From Felis catus (lineage: Eukaryota): a DNA stretch of 64,000 bases. Location of the stretch: the NCBI RefSeq assembly GCF_018350175.1, contig NC_058382.1:53322001-53386000 (forward strand), written 5' to 3'. The notes under the pieces are model-generated. The model did not search any database, was not told the DNA's origin, and saw nothing but the letters and a program-made list of their open reading frames with translations. Positions 28,030 to 40,635 of this stretch are shown here, one piece after another; position 1 is the stretch's first letter, and the number at the start of each line of letters is the position of its first letter. Position numbers and translations under genes: made by a program.

Positions 28030-28038
28030 CTTTTTTTT

Positions 28039-28071
<33 letters not shown>

Positions 28072-28592
28072 AAATACCACCGTAATGGAATATTTTTCAG
28101 CCTTAAAGGAGAAGGAAATCCTGCCATTTGCAACGACATGGATGAAACTGGAGGACATTATGCCTAGTGAAATAAGCCAGACGCAGAAAGACAAATACTG
28201 TGTGATCTCACTTCTACGTAGAATCTAAAAAAAGTCTCACTCACAGAAGCAGAGAATCGAACGGTGGTTACCAGGGGCTGGGGGTGGGGGAAATGGGGAG
28301 ATGTTGACCAAAAGGTACAAAGTTCCAGATACGCAGGATAGATACGATCTGGAGATCAACTGAATGATACAGTGACTATAGTTAGTAACACTGTATTGTC
28401 TATTGTTTGCTAAGAGAGTAGATTTTAAGTTCTTAACAGGAACACACACACAGACACACACACAGAAAATAGTAACGATGATTACAGTCATAGTAACCAT
28501 TTCAAAAATATATACATACACCAAAATATCACACTGTGCACCTTAAATATATACAATGTCTATTTGTCGGTTATATCTCAATAAAGCTGATA
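27615..28592 (+). mobile_element. LINE-1 3' fragment (end of ORF2 plus 3' UTR), old L1M-type, interrupted by a TA microsatellite
   Basis: Recognisable L1 3' motifs (cacctcacacctgttaggatggc, ggaaacaacctaagtgtcca, gaaatcctgccatttgcaacgacatggatgaaactggaggacattatgc), ending in ctcaataaagctg. Confidence 0.9.
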
Positions 28593-28684
28593 AAACCCTT
28601 ATTTGGTAATCGGGGAAATTGCAAACAAAATTACTCCATCCGGGTGTCCTACACGATTCCTTCTAATCAATTCTAAAATAACTT

Positions 28685-28909
28685 GGGGCGCCTGGGTGGC
28701 GCAGTCGGTTAAGCGTCCAACTTCAGCCAGGTCACGATCTCGAGGTCCGTGAGTTCGAGCCCCGCGTCGGGCTCTGGGCTGATGGCTCAGAGCCTGGAGC
28801 CTGTTTCTGATTCTGTATCTCCCTCTCTCTCTGCCCCTCCCCCGTTCATGCTCTGTCTCTCTCTGTCCCCCCAAAAATAAATAAACGTTGAAAAAAAAAA
28901 ATAAATAAA
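28685..28909 (+). mobile_element. Feline CAN-SINE
   Basis: Canonical head and tail. TSD TAAAATAACTT at 28674-28684 and 28910-28920. Confidence 0.95.
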
Positions 28910-31900
28910 TAAAATAACTTTATTTGTCATGGTATAGACAAAGTTCTCTGTCAAAGAGGACAGATTATTTAGGTAATTGTCTAATGTTTCAGCTGCCCTG
29001 GTCTTCATAAGCCGTTGCCCTGTCAAAATATAGAGTACTTGCCCAAAGTTGGGACCTCAGAGACTAATAAAAAATAGATGTAAACCTAGAGAAACTAAGC
29101 AGAAGAATCCCGTGTACGTGTAAAAGCTTTTTTGAGATCTGTTCTTTCCTCCCTGGCTTTTCTCTTTAGATCGCCGACTTTCCTGCCATTTCCTGATGCC
29201 AGTTTTGAAGCCAGGAGGCCCCAAGGCGTTTTCTTGAACAGAAGAGTTCAGAATTTCCAGTGTCCACCTTTGAGCTGCAATCAGTTCCCCCTGGCCTCTC
29301 TTAAAAGGACCTGAGTGTGCAGGCTTTTGCAGAATCTGCCTTTCCTGACTCCCATCTCATCCTCAAACCTGGGAAGGAGAGCAGGAGGGGCCCCTGAGTT
29401 ATTTATGACCTGCTGTCTGCGGTACATGTCCCGTCTGAGAGCTTGGTATTGGCTGTTTGAGTAGACCCGGCCCAGGAGCATCAGGACTCTGGAGGTATGG
29501 CCGGAACTCTTCAGGTCAGTGTCCCTGACTGTGGACTTCAGGCTCTGCAAAGAGTGGCTGGTCAGGACGAGTCGAGTGACGCGGGTACTGGCAGACTGGG
29601 GTGGGGGCACGTGGGCTGGCCTGGAGACAGCCTGCTGATTCACCCTCTGACCTCAGCCAAGCGTTTCGCTGTCTTCCTCCAACTCATTTCTCGGGCTGCA
29701 AACGGACTGGGCCGCGTGAAGAGGTTAACAAAAATTCTGGATCGCACGGAGCGAAATGTTCTCAGCCCTCTGAGGTTGACTATAGGGTCAGTAAACCGTC
29801 CGCAAAGACGAAAGCTGACCTGCTGGATCGTTGCGGAGCCCTGATGGGTCATAATGACAAGGTCAGATTGTCTTCGGGGTCGACGTGGCCGAGCCAGGCT
29901 GGCAGGGTCGGCATGGCGGGGCCACGCGCCCCTGCCTCTCCAGGCCAGGGGATGCTGTGGTTTGTAGTTAACAACGTTGAAAGCCTTTGGAGGCAGGGCA
30001 GGGAGGGAGTAAAGCAGGGATTTCTGAGCGTGGCTAGGGAAGGAGACACATTCAGGGGACGCTGTGCTTTGGCACCAGGCCAACACAGGTGTGAATCCTG
30101 CTCCGTCCCAGGGGTGACGCCTGAACAAGTCAGCTGACCTCCCGGCTTTCGTTCGCCCCTTGGATCAAAGGTGGGGACAGTCTTGTGATCACGGCGAGCG
30201 TGCGCACCAAGTGGTCGCCGGGTATCCACCTGCCCCCCGGTACGTGCCCACAGAACTCCCTCTTCCCGAAATGGCAAGGTATCTGCTGACATTCTCCGCA
30301 CACCATTTCCACGTAAGGGCCTTGTGGGTGCCAGGGGGTCAGGAACCATTTCGCTGCTTCTGGCTTATGCTCCTGCCTTAAAGCTGCGGTCACCCCTGCC
30401 CTGCGTGTGGCTCCTCTCCCTCTCCCCCTCTGTCGAGCCTTTGCACAGCGTCGCTCGCCTGGATCTCCACCCATCCCCATCTTCCTTGCCCTCTGTCCGG
30501 TCTCCTGGCTAATTCTGACTCTCCGTGACCTCCTGGGTTTCTCTTAAAAAGCCTCCCCTGCATCCTCATGCCCACCAGGGCAGGCTGGGCGCCTGGTCTG
30601 CGCTTACTGCCTTGGAGTTCTGTGGTACCACGTGAGTTCCCTGCGGACCCTCTGAGCCCCTTGAAGCCAGGACAGCGCCTCTCACCCCTCCTTTGCCTAC
30701 GACAGTGCTTGGTGCACAGCAGGTGCTCAATTAATGTTTATTAACTGAAAGCCACTGATAAACACTCGGATCCCTCCCCACTTTTTTCTTTCTTTCTTTT
30801 TTTTTTTTTAAGTTCGAATGCACACACTGTCCTGCCAAGTGTCCCAGAAAACCTGACTTTGATGGGGGCAGGGTGGCTGGCTGTTCTGTTGCAACATGAC
30901 CGCTCTTACGCTCACTGCTCACGTAGCCCAATCGGCCCATCCCTCAATTACCAGGATGCTTATCTCGTTCACTAATTAGCCTACGTCTTCCCGAGATGGC
31001 GCCGGGTAGAGAACGTGGCTGACGTTCACGGGCCCTGGAACCAAAGTGGAAATCGGTAACTCTTGCTGGGATGGAATTCTGGATGCGCGGAGGGCGGTGA
31101 TTAAATACCCGGGCGTGAGCACGGTGGACTCTCTGTACCCCAGCACAGACTGCCGTCACCGAAGACAGCCCTGTTCCAGCTTTGAGTCACAGCTGCCTCC
31201 TCAGGGCTCCAGGCGCATGGACAGTATTTTGTAATCTCCCAATAAGAAGGCCAGCCCTCCTCCATTTCCACATGCCCAGGTCCTGCTCAGTCCTCAAGGC
31301 ACACCTCCGTGTCCGAGGTTGCATATGAAGCTCTGAGCGTAGTGACTGGCATCTAATAAGCGTTTAATAAAGCTTAGTTGTTAATGCAGGGTTACTGCCT
31401 CCAAAAGTGTCATTCCTGGGTCCCTGTAGCTGTAGCTTGAGCTCTCTTCTAGAACCTTGTGTGGCTTTGGAGTGGTCAGGCATGGGGTTCTGCTCCTTAC
31501 TTGTGTGATCTCCCAGGGGCATTTTGTGTGCCCTCTGAGTTTGCAGGTGTCGGTGAAAACACCTCCACCTAAATGGGCTTAAATGAAAAGGAAGCTTGCC
31601 GACTCACGTGACCAACAGGTGTAGGAACAGAACTGGCTGCAGGCCCGGCTGGGGGCAGGAGCCCTGTGATGTCACGGGAACCGGCTTCCATCCCTCCGTT
31701 GTCCCTGCATCCTACTGCGTGGACTCCAGACCAGGGCTCTCCACGGAAGCTTGATGGTTGTAGCAGGGTCCGGTTCTCCGGATGGAGTCGGTCTGGGTCA
31801 TTGGACGGTCCACCCACCCCTGAACCAGTGCCTGGAGCAAAGGGATGAACTATGCTTATTGACTCAGACTCAGACTCAGAAACGGGGTGGGCAGGGCCCT

Positions 31901-34299
31901 GGGGAATTCTCCGAGCCTCTCTGAGCGTGATGGAGAAGCTGTGCCTCATGGCGACGGCATGGAGCCTGCCTTCAAATCATGGCATTACAAATGGCCAACA
32001 CACACTTGCTACTCACCCAGTTTTAACTCGCTGCATCACCCCAACAGCCGCCCCGTGCGACAGAGGGGCGAGCTAAGGGAGATTTTCTAAGGTGAGCGTG
32101 CAAGGATTCATATCAAGGCATGGCTGCAAAGCCCACACTCCCGGCCATTCCCTTTTATTATCTATTGTAAGAGAGAGACACACAAGTCAGACAAATAGAC
32201 AAAAGAAATATATACTATACTCTACGATACTATCATGTAGCATAGTGGTAACATGGCATTATATAATACAGAATAGAATTGCATGTCATCATATCATTGT
32301 ATCATATCATTTCATATCACATCATGACAGATGTTGATAAGGGGTCTGTCTTCGTGTCCATCCTGAGGACATGCATCACCCGCGTGGAGCCTTGGAGGTG
32401 TTGGATGAGCGTTGGCCAGGTGACCGAATGCACCATTTTACATGTATAGTGTGAATCCTTTGATCGGAGAACACTGCTTTTGTCATGACAACATTATTAC
32501 GTTCCTGTGTTTCTTTTCGTCACAGAACAAAGGACTCAAAGGAAGAAGTCTGAGGAGAGATCGGGTGAGCAAAAATTTCTAGACCTAGAGCTCTCTGGCT
32601 TCCAGGGGTGGTGGGTGTTTAAAGACACCAGGCTGAACCTGTGTCCCTAAGACTTACAGGCCACTTCAGTAGGAAAAGATCTAAGGAATTCCTGGGTCTT
32701 TTGGGTAGAGAACATGGCTGGGAATCACCGGCCCTGGAACAGAGGTGGAAAAGGAGATAAGCGTCAAACGTAAACGTTACAGAGCTTTGCCATTTAATCC
32801 TTCCCCCTTTTTAAAACGATGCATGTGACACTTCTGAAATTTTCAGAACTATCTTCAAATTGGTGTTGCCTACACACGAATAAGCATCGGTCTGTTTGCA
32901 GGGTCTTGTGTTTGAGTGTGAAAGTGCACAAGGTGGCCTGCACAGTGAAGATTTTGTGTTTTATGTGGCAAGGAAGCAGATCCCCTCCCCTGGCCTTCTC
33001 GCAGCACGGACATGAAGGCAAATCAATACCCTTGGGTTTCCTCACTTCACTCCTGCCTTCCACCTTCTAGCCTAGGATCATGTGAAGCATTTAATCAAAA
33101 CATAAAAGCAATTATAAAAATGCCCCTGAAATTACGTTCACATCTGCAATCGGACTTGCTAATATCTCACCTCCCTGCACCATCCCGGTGTCGCTTGATT
33201 TCAGTTCGTTAAGGTGACTAAGAGTCTAGTCATTGATATAACGCCCACCAACTGCATTGTAATTTACTGTCAGAAAGATCTGTTTCCAGAAACTCCCAGC
33301 GATAAATGCAGCTGCAGTGCCGGTCCTGCTTGGCCATTGCACAAGTCCGTGCGCTTTCTTTGTACTGGAATCGCTTCCCAACCTTGAGCACCGACATGAG
33401 ATTGCTGTCCATTTTCTGTGTCACGGGGAGGAAAGGGCTGGTTGAAAGTTGTACGATGGAGCAGCTGGATTTCTAAAAGCTAGCACTCCCGTTGCCCACA
33501 TTCTTACCCTCCCCAACCCAACAACATTGGCATCATTTGGGAGTGATGGAATGGTGATGATAATGACACAACTACCAGAACCACTTCACAGGAAATACAG
33601 AGGATGAAATGAAGCATGAACACCAGACTTCTTGTTTGTTTTGGTCCTAATTTGGTTCCTTGGGACTCCTCTTTCTAGGAGTATGGGGCCTGTGAGGTTA
33701 ATGCACTTGACAATTATGGGCTCATCACCATCACCAGCTTTTCTTCTAGGAGGCCACCCCTGAATGGGTTTCAGCCTCCCTTGTTGCTGGTGGTGATTCA
33801 GGCCAGGGGGACTCATCAGACTGGATGGAAAGAGTAGCTTGGGCAAGGAGGTGGGGGAAATGAACAAAAGGCTTGGCATTTGCTTTCTTTAGACAATCTC
33901 CGAATAGACTGGAAGAAGGAAAGTCTTCTTTCATTGGTCCCCAGCCCCACTCTTGGGTATCATCCTACGAAGGGTAGACTTTTCAGAAACTGTCTGTCTT
34001 GGAATAGTAGAGATCCTCAAGTTACCCCCAAGTATCTAGACATGTGCCTTACTGATGCATGAAGACTCCTCTTAGGCTTCTGAATCCCTGGGTTTTGATG
34101 AATAAACAAATATCAAAGTAGGTCAGATGACTTTGAGTTCCCTCCAAGCCTGAGTCTTGAAGGGCAGTGACCAGTTGATTCATTACTGTGATTACTAAGT
34201 GTTAGGTCTGCACTTATTGAAAGCTTGTTGGATATCAGGCTTTGTGGTAGTTGGGTGGATAAAGGATAAAATCCTGTGACTCATCCACATATCATCCCA

Positions 34300-34525
34300 T
34301 ATGCCTGTCTATCCATCCATCTATCCATCCATCAGTTTCTCCATCTTTCTGTCCATTTACCCATCCATCCATGCATCCATCCATGCATGCATCTATCCAT
34401 CCATCTATCCATCCATCCATCCATCCATCCACCTGTTTATCCATCTTTCTGTCCATTTATCCATGCATCCATGCATCCTTGCATCCATCCATCCATCCAT
34501 CCATCCATCCATCCACCCATCCATT
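34300..34525. repeat. Degenerate (CATC)n tetranucleotide repeat
   Basis: ccatccatcc arrays. Confidence 0.9.
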
Positions 34526-35240
34526 TTTGTATACAGATCCATAATTTTTAGTAGTCCCAGGGCACATGTGAAAGTACAATGAGGCAACACTACCTTTTTG
34601 AACTTCTTCGCACTACCTTCTGGGCACAAACATATCTTTGCCAATTAGACATAACAAGAACACCAACCTCGTAGAATATATGTGGAACAGCCTATTGGTG
34701 ACAAAGAACCTATGTTACTTTTCTACTGCTTTAAGAAAGGAACTTGAGAATCTGAACAGAAAAGCAAACTCGTTGCGGATATGCCCCCCACTCCCAGCAC
34801 TCAGTACACTTTGTGGTTTTGTTTCCCAGAAGTGAAGATCTCGTGGAGTATTATTATTTTTTTTCCCCTCACTGGTATCTCCAGATCTCTAGGAGACTCT
34901 ACTACATATGGAATGCACTGTGATTATTCGGTTTCAGCTGAGGGAGAATAAAATTCCTCCTCGCATCTTCATCGAGTTTCTACCAGGCTTCATGGCGACA
35001 GAACACCTCACAGACAGAAGCCCATGTCAAGAAACTCATTCTTCCTGGTCTCCCTGTCGTTCTGTGAGAACCAACCAATCTGAATGGACTCGAATAGCCT
35101 CTCGAAAGTTTAAAGGTGTGTCCGGGGCAGTCCAGTTTAGGGACCAAAGAGCTCTTCCGGAAACAGTGAGTGTGCCATACGATGAATGCTCCCCTCATTC
35201 CGCACTGTGCTGATCTCCAGCTCTTAGAAATAAAAATCTA

Positions 35241-35442
35241 GGGGCGCCTGTGGCTCACTCGGTTAAGCATAGGACTCTTGGTTTGGGATCAGGTCATGAC
35301 CTCGTGGTTTGTGAGTTCGAGCTCCCACATCGGGCTTGGCACTGTTAGCACAGAGCCTTGTTGGGATTCCTCTCCCTCTCTCTGTCTGCCTCTTTCTCTC
35401 TAAATCAATAAAGAAATAAATAAACTTACAAAAAAAAAAAAG
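35241..35442 (+). mobile_element. Older CAN-SINE
   Basis: ggggcgcctgtggctcactcggttaagc head, CT-rich segment, A tail. Confidence 0.9.
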
Positions 35443-38400
35443 AAACGAATCTAACTGAACCTAATACCTACAAATACAGTGATATATTCTCACGGCAAGT
35501 GCCCTTTTGGCAAAACTCCTGTCTGTATAGATTTTGCCCCAGTTCCTATGTTAGGTACTCAGAAGTGGGGAAGAGAAAGGCTTTCTGAAGCAACGAAAAG
35601 GCAGGAGGAGAGATACGGGGATAAATACGGCTGGGACTTCCAACTGTGCTCATGTTTGCATCTTATAGGAACAGAGAATAGAGACACCGTGATGGGGGTG
35701 AGGAAGCAACACCTGGGGTGAGGGCACTGTGCTTTCAAGTTCGCTGGTATGACGTTATGTGGCCATCTAACCTTATGTAGCTTAACGACATAATTGCAAT
35801 GACAGTATATTCAGAGACAAGGCTTTTCTCAGTCTTGAAAGGAGGAAGTACTTACACCTTGTCTTGGCAAACGCTTGAGGACAGGATGTTTGCGGGAGCC
35901 ATCTTGGCTCTCCAGGCTCCTCCGTAAGATGTCAGAGCCGTCTGAGGACCACAGAACTGCCCTCCCAGATGTCTACACATGTGTCTGTATTTTTTTCCAA
36001 AGCTCTTTCCACTGCAAAGCATGTGGCAGTGGGCCACACAGTGCCTGGTACCTGGCAGCCACAAGTCACACATGGTCTTCCTTCCATCTTGGGAGCCCTC
36101 GGGAGGTGTTGATATACTTGCTGGAGTATCGTCTCTGTGGCACCAAGACTTGGATTCAATAAAACCATCCACCAACATGTATTTTATCCTTACAGCTAAT
36201 CACTGTTTTGCACATGGCTTTGGGATTCGCGCTGGGAGAGGAAAAGTCTTGACCAAGCCATGATGGCGCTGGCGGGCAAGCCCAGGACCCGATCCTGGCT
36301 CTCCTGAGGACATCGCCTCTCTTCCTTATCCTGGTGGAGACCTGGTTTCCTTAGACATGAGCCGGGCTCCCCACGACTCTGGGAGGCCCCGTTACTCTCA
36401 AGATCTGTGAGGAGCCTGCCATCTACACTCATTCAACAGACACGGCTTTAGCTATTATTACTAATCCTCAGCTTACGGAGAGAATTCATAGAAATGTGTG
36501 ACTTGGCTTGTTTTGCTTCTGAGAACCGGAGGTTAATGCTCGTTCTTTGGAGGAAGTTCTGTGGCTGAGAAAGAGAGAGAAAGAAAATCATATACCAAAG
36601 TGACCTTTTCCCCCAACTGTTGTGCCGCGCACAAAACTAATTAGCCGGGTTCTAATTGGGTTGAAGTCTGAGAGTAACGGGAAAAGTCACTCTGTGAGGA
36701 CGACAGAGACCGCAGGCTTCCCTGTTTATCCTGTCTCGATGACTTCTGTATTAAATTTGTTCAGTTTTCTGGTCCCAAGCTGGTTTTCTTTTCTTTTCTT
36801 TTTTTTCTTTCTTTTTTTTTTTTTTTCAGATGGGATGGCTTGGCTGTTCCTTCCCGGCCTCCAAGCCAGCAACCAGGAAATTGGGAGGGGCCCCGGGGAT
36901 GGCAAGGGGGACCACAGCTTGGGTTCTCCCTTGACGCACCCGTCCTGGCTTAAATCACAGGTCCCCGGTAGGTCAACCGTGCCGGGCCACCTGCCAAGGA
37001 GGTGGGCGCAGCAGCGCCTGGGAAAGAAGGAAGTAGGTGAGGCAGAAGGCTGGGCACGGAGGGGCTGCGGGGGCGGGCTGCGGGGCCAGGAGCCTGGGCT
37101 CGGAGACCAGCATGTGGCGAGCACCCTCCCACACCAGGAGCCAGATGACTGAGCACTGCGGGGGCAGGGCGCAGAGTGTGGGGAGCCGGGCGCAGGCTTG
37201 GGAAACAAAACCCACCTCCCCACTGCCTCCCCTGATGGGAAGCCAGGGTCAGCGGAGGGGTCTGGTGGAGGGCATGGAGACTGCCAAACCACTTGGCTTT
37301 GGGATGATTGGCCTTGAGGTCTAACCTAAGCCTTGTGAAATCCCGAGAGAGTGACCCCAGGTCTTCAACTTCTGGGGCAGACTTCAGATGATGTCTGACT
37401 ATAAGAAAAGGAAGGAATGATCGAGAGCAGTTATTTTCCTTTCCCATACTCCCGGCGCATGGTTTATCGGGCGCCGCGTAAGAGGCCACTCGCGTCTCCA
37501 TAACGCGCCCCCCCCCCCGCCCTAAGGAGCGGATGCCCCCCACACTGTGAATACTTCTTCGACAGCTTGTCATCGACTATCTGCCTTCTTCATATACTTG
37601 TGAGCTCTTTGAGGGCAGGGGTGGGGTCTTATCTTCGTATCTCCAGATGCCCTGTGGTAGCGAATGCTTTGCTTCCTGAACAAAGGGATGGATGGATAAA
37701 AAGTCCGTGACTCTGGAAATTAGATATTGCTGTGAATATGAGTGCGTTTCTTGGGTGGCCCCTCGGGCTGGAGGGAATGTCTTTGTCTCAGGACCCACCG
37801 AGGTCAGTCGGCTTCTGCTCTGGCCTTGAACACGCTTGTAGAATCGTAGCCTGTTTATGATTTCACAGCAGAGTTAAAACCAGCCTCACATGCTCCCTAC
37901 CCCCTAAATGACAGGAGACTTGGATGTCTTATGTTAATGAATTATGTGTTCCTGGATCATTTTCTTTCTTTCTTTCTTATCTCATAGCGCCAAAGAATGT
38001 TCTTTCTGTTTTTGACTTTACCAGAAGCCATCCTTCTACGTGTACAAAACTGCTAAGTTTCTAAGTAAAGGAAAGCACCGTGATTCTCTCGGTACGCTGC
38101 CTACCGTCTGGAGAAGCTGCAATGAAACACAGCTTCCACATGCAGTGAAACCACATCCGCTCCATGCAGAACCTGCTGCCGTTTCAACCTTTCCCTCACC
38201 TGAGTCTACCCCCCGCCCCCCCAGCATCCCTGGGGTCCAAGGTCAAAGTCTTCTGGCTTTGAAAAGGTTACTGAAAGGTTACTGAAAAAATTTTTATTTC
38301 TCTTAAAAAAAAGCAGTTCTCCTTCCCCAAAGCATTTCCCCCCGACACTCCAATGAGAAGAAGGAGGTAGACTTTGAGACAACCAGCCTGTAGTTATTGC

Positions 38401-38559
38401 ATGTGGCACCAGAAAGGAATGGCTAACAGCAGCAGCAGCAGCAACTGAGAAATCGGGCGGCTGCCTGCTTGCTTTTCCGTCCCCCACGTGCCTCAGTCTC
38501 CAAGTGTGGGGTCCCACGTGCCTCTGTTGTCACCATCCGTGTGCGTTCACCACCTTCCT

Positions 38560-39345
38560 AAAAACGTTACTGAGCTATAATTCAGGCTCTGCCCAATTCA
38601 ACCACGTAAAATGTATAGTTGAGTGCTTTAATTTTTTAACGTTTATTCATTTATTTTGAGAGAGAGAGCGCGTGAGCGTGAGTGGGGGAGGGGCAGAAAA
38701 AGAGGGAGAGAGAGAGAGAGATTCGCAAACAGGCTCTGCTCTGTCAGCGCAGAGCTCGACGCGGGGCTCGGACTCATGAGCCGGGAGATCGTGACCTGAG
38801 CTGAAATCAGGAGTGCGAGGCTTAACCGACCGAGCTGCCCGGGCGCCCTGTGCAGGTCAGTGTTTTTAAAATACCTTCACAAGATCAGGCAACCATCACC
38901 ACTGTCTACTTCTAGGGCATTTGCATCACCTCCGCAAAAAACCCAGACCCGCGAGCATTCGTTTTCCATTTCCCCATCTCCCTGGCCCCAGCAACCGGAC
39001 TACTCTCTGTCCCTATCGATTTGCCAATTCTGGACCACTCACATAAATGGAATTACACAAAATGTGGTCCTCTTAGCATAATGTTTCCAAAGTTCATCCA
39101 CACGGTAGCATGTATCTGTACTTCATTCCTTTCGGTGGCTGAGTGATAGTCCATTGTACGAATGCACGACATTTGGTTAATCCATTCACCTGTTGACGGA
39201 CAGTGGGGTTGTTTCCACCTTTGGCCGTTATGAACAAGGCTGCTATGCACAGACGTGTATTTTCATTTCTCTTGGGTATATAACTAAGAGCGGAATTGCT
39301 GGGTCATCTGATCACACTGTGTTTCATTGTTTGAGAAATTACCTA
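38560..39345 (-). mobile_element. Old L1 3' fragment (minus) interrupted by a SINE
   Basis: Motifs catataaatggaat-like, ttagcataatgtttccaaagttcatcca, ggttgtttccacctttggc and ggaattgctgggtca. Confidence 0.8.
38630..38848 (-). mobile_element. CAN-SINE (diverged)
   Basis: Reverse-complement SINE: tttattcatttattttgagagag...gtgacctgagctgaaatc...cccgggcgccc. Confidence 0.9.
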
Positions 39346-39757
39346 TTTTCCGTCTTCTTTACCCAGGACCACACAATGGCCTCTTGAGCTTTCTCCTTGC
39401 CCCTTAGTGTTCCCCCCTCCCCCCGGTCAGGTCTCCCCATCACAGCAGTAGGGAGCAAAGTCTCTCATCCAACAGATACTTCTAGAGCTTGCATGGTGAA
39501 CAAGAAGGACAAGATAGGATCTAGTAAGGTGGCATTAAGGCATACGTTACTCACTGCTTGAAGAGTTCATTACTCCTGAATACAAGCACAGCTCCTGAAG
39601 GTCTAGAAGGGCCACAAGGGTCTCTGCTCCTTTATCCCTCTTGTTGAGTCTTGTCTAGTCACTCAGGCCTTCCCTGGACACTGGCTCTTTCCTGACTGAG
39701 CCTTTGCATGCATCATTTATTTTGTTTCCTCTGCCTCAGTTAGAACATGCTACCCTT

Positions 39758-39937
39758 GGGGTGCCTGGGTGGCTCAGTCAGCTAAGCGTCTTGCTCCTGA
39801 TTTCAGCTCAGGTCATGATCTCATAATTTGTGGGTTCAAGCCCTGCATTGGGCTCTATGCTGACAGCATGGAGCCTGCTTGGGATTCTCCATATCCCTCT
39901 CTCTCTGCCCCTCCCCTCCCCAAATAAGTCAATAAGT
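39758..39937 (+). mobile_element. CAN-SINE whose tail is replaced by a (GAA)24 repeat
   Basis: ggggtgcctgggtggctcagtcagctaagc head. Confidence 0.9.
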
Positions 39938-40009
39938 GAAGAAGAAGAAGAAGAAGAAGAAGAAGAAGAAGAAGAAGAAGAAGAAGAAGAAGAAGAAGAA
40001 GAAGAAGAA
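39938..40009 (+). repeat. (GAA)24 perfect trinucleotide repeat
   Basis: 72 bp, uninterrupted. Confidence 0.97.
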
Positions 40010-40139
40010 AGCACTTACCACGCTTCACAAGCTGGCCAAATGAATGAACACATAAGTTGAATTTAGTCTATTCACTTGCTTAAGACCACACAGCTGGTTA
40101 ATGGCAGAATCCCCACCGGTTTTCATATCAAAGATTTTA

Positions 40140-40332
40140 TTTGTTTCTTTTATTTATTTATTTATTATTTTTTTAATGTGTATTTTTGAGAGAGAGAATC
40201 CAAAGCGGCTGCAGGTTCCAGACTCCGAGCTGTTGGTATACAACCCGACACGGGGCTTGAACTCACGAACCGCGAGATCACGACCTGAGCCGAAGTCAGA
40301 CGCTTAACCGACTGAACCACCCAGGTGCCCCT
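40140..40332 (-). mobile_element. CAN-SINE (internally deleted)
   Basis: Ends in cttaaccgactgaaccacccaggtgcccc. Confidence 0.9.
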
Positions 40333-40412
40333 ATGTGTTTGTTTTTAGTCTCTCCTTCTAGATGGCCACCTAATATATTAACCTGTGGGGCAGACCTTCT
40401 TCTATCTCTATA

Positions 40413-40635
40413 TCTTCTCAACCTCAGCACTATTGACATCTGGGGTTAGATACTTCTTTCTGGGGGAGGCTATCCTGTGAGCTGAGGGATATTTAGGCAT
40501 CCCTGGCCTTTACCCAGTGGTGCCAGTAGCAATTCATCCTCCGATTTCTTTAGTTGTGACAACCAAAATTATCTGCAGACATTACCTAAACCCCTTGGTG
40601 GGTGCGGGGCAAAACTGGCCATTTGAAAACCACTG
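40413..40635 (-). mobile_element. MER20 hAT-Charlie DNA transposon
   Basis: ttctcaacctcagcactattgacat...gttgtgacaaccaaaa...gaaaaccactg matches the recalled MER20 consensus, reversed. Confidence 0.8.

Noticed and set aside
29400..32100. Moderately CpG-rich stretch with many overlapping 100-180 aa ORFs
   Set aside because: No coherent coding frame or promoter motif; consistent with locally high GC.
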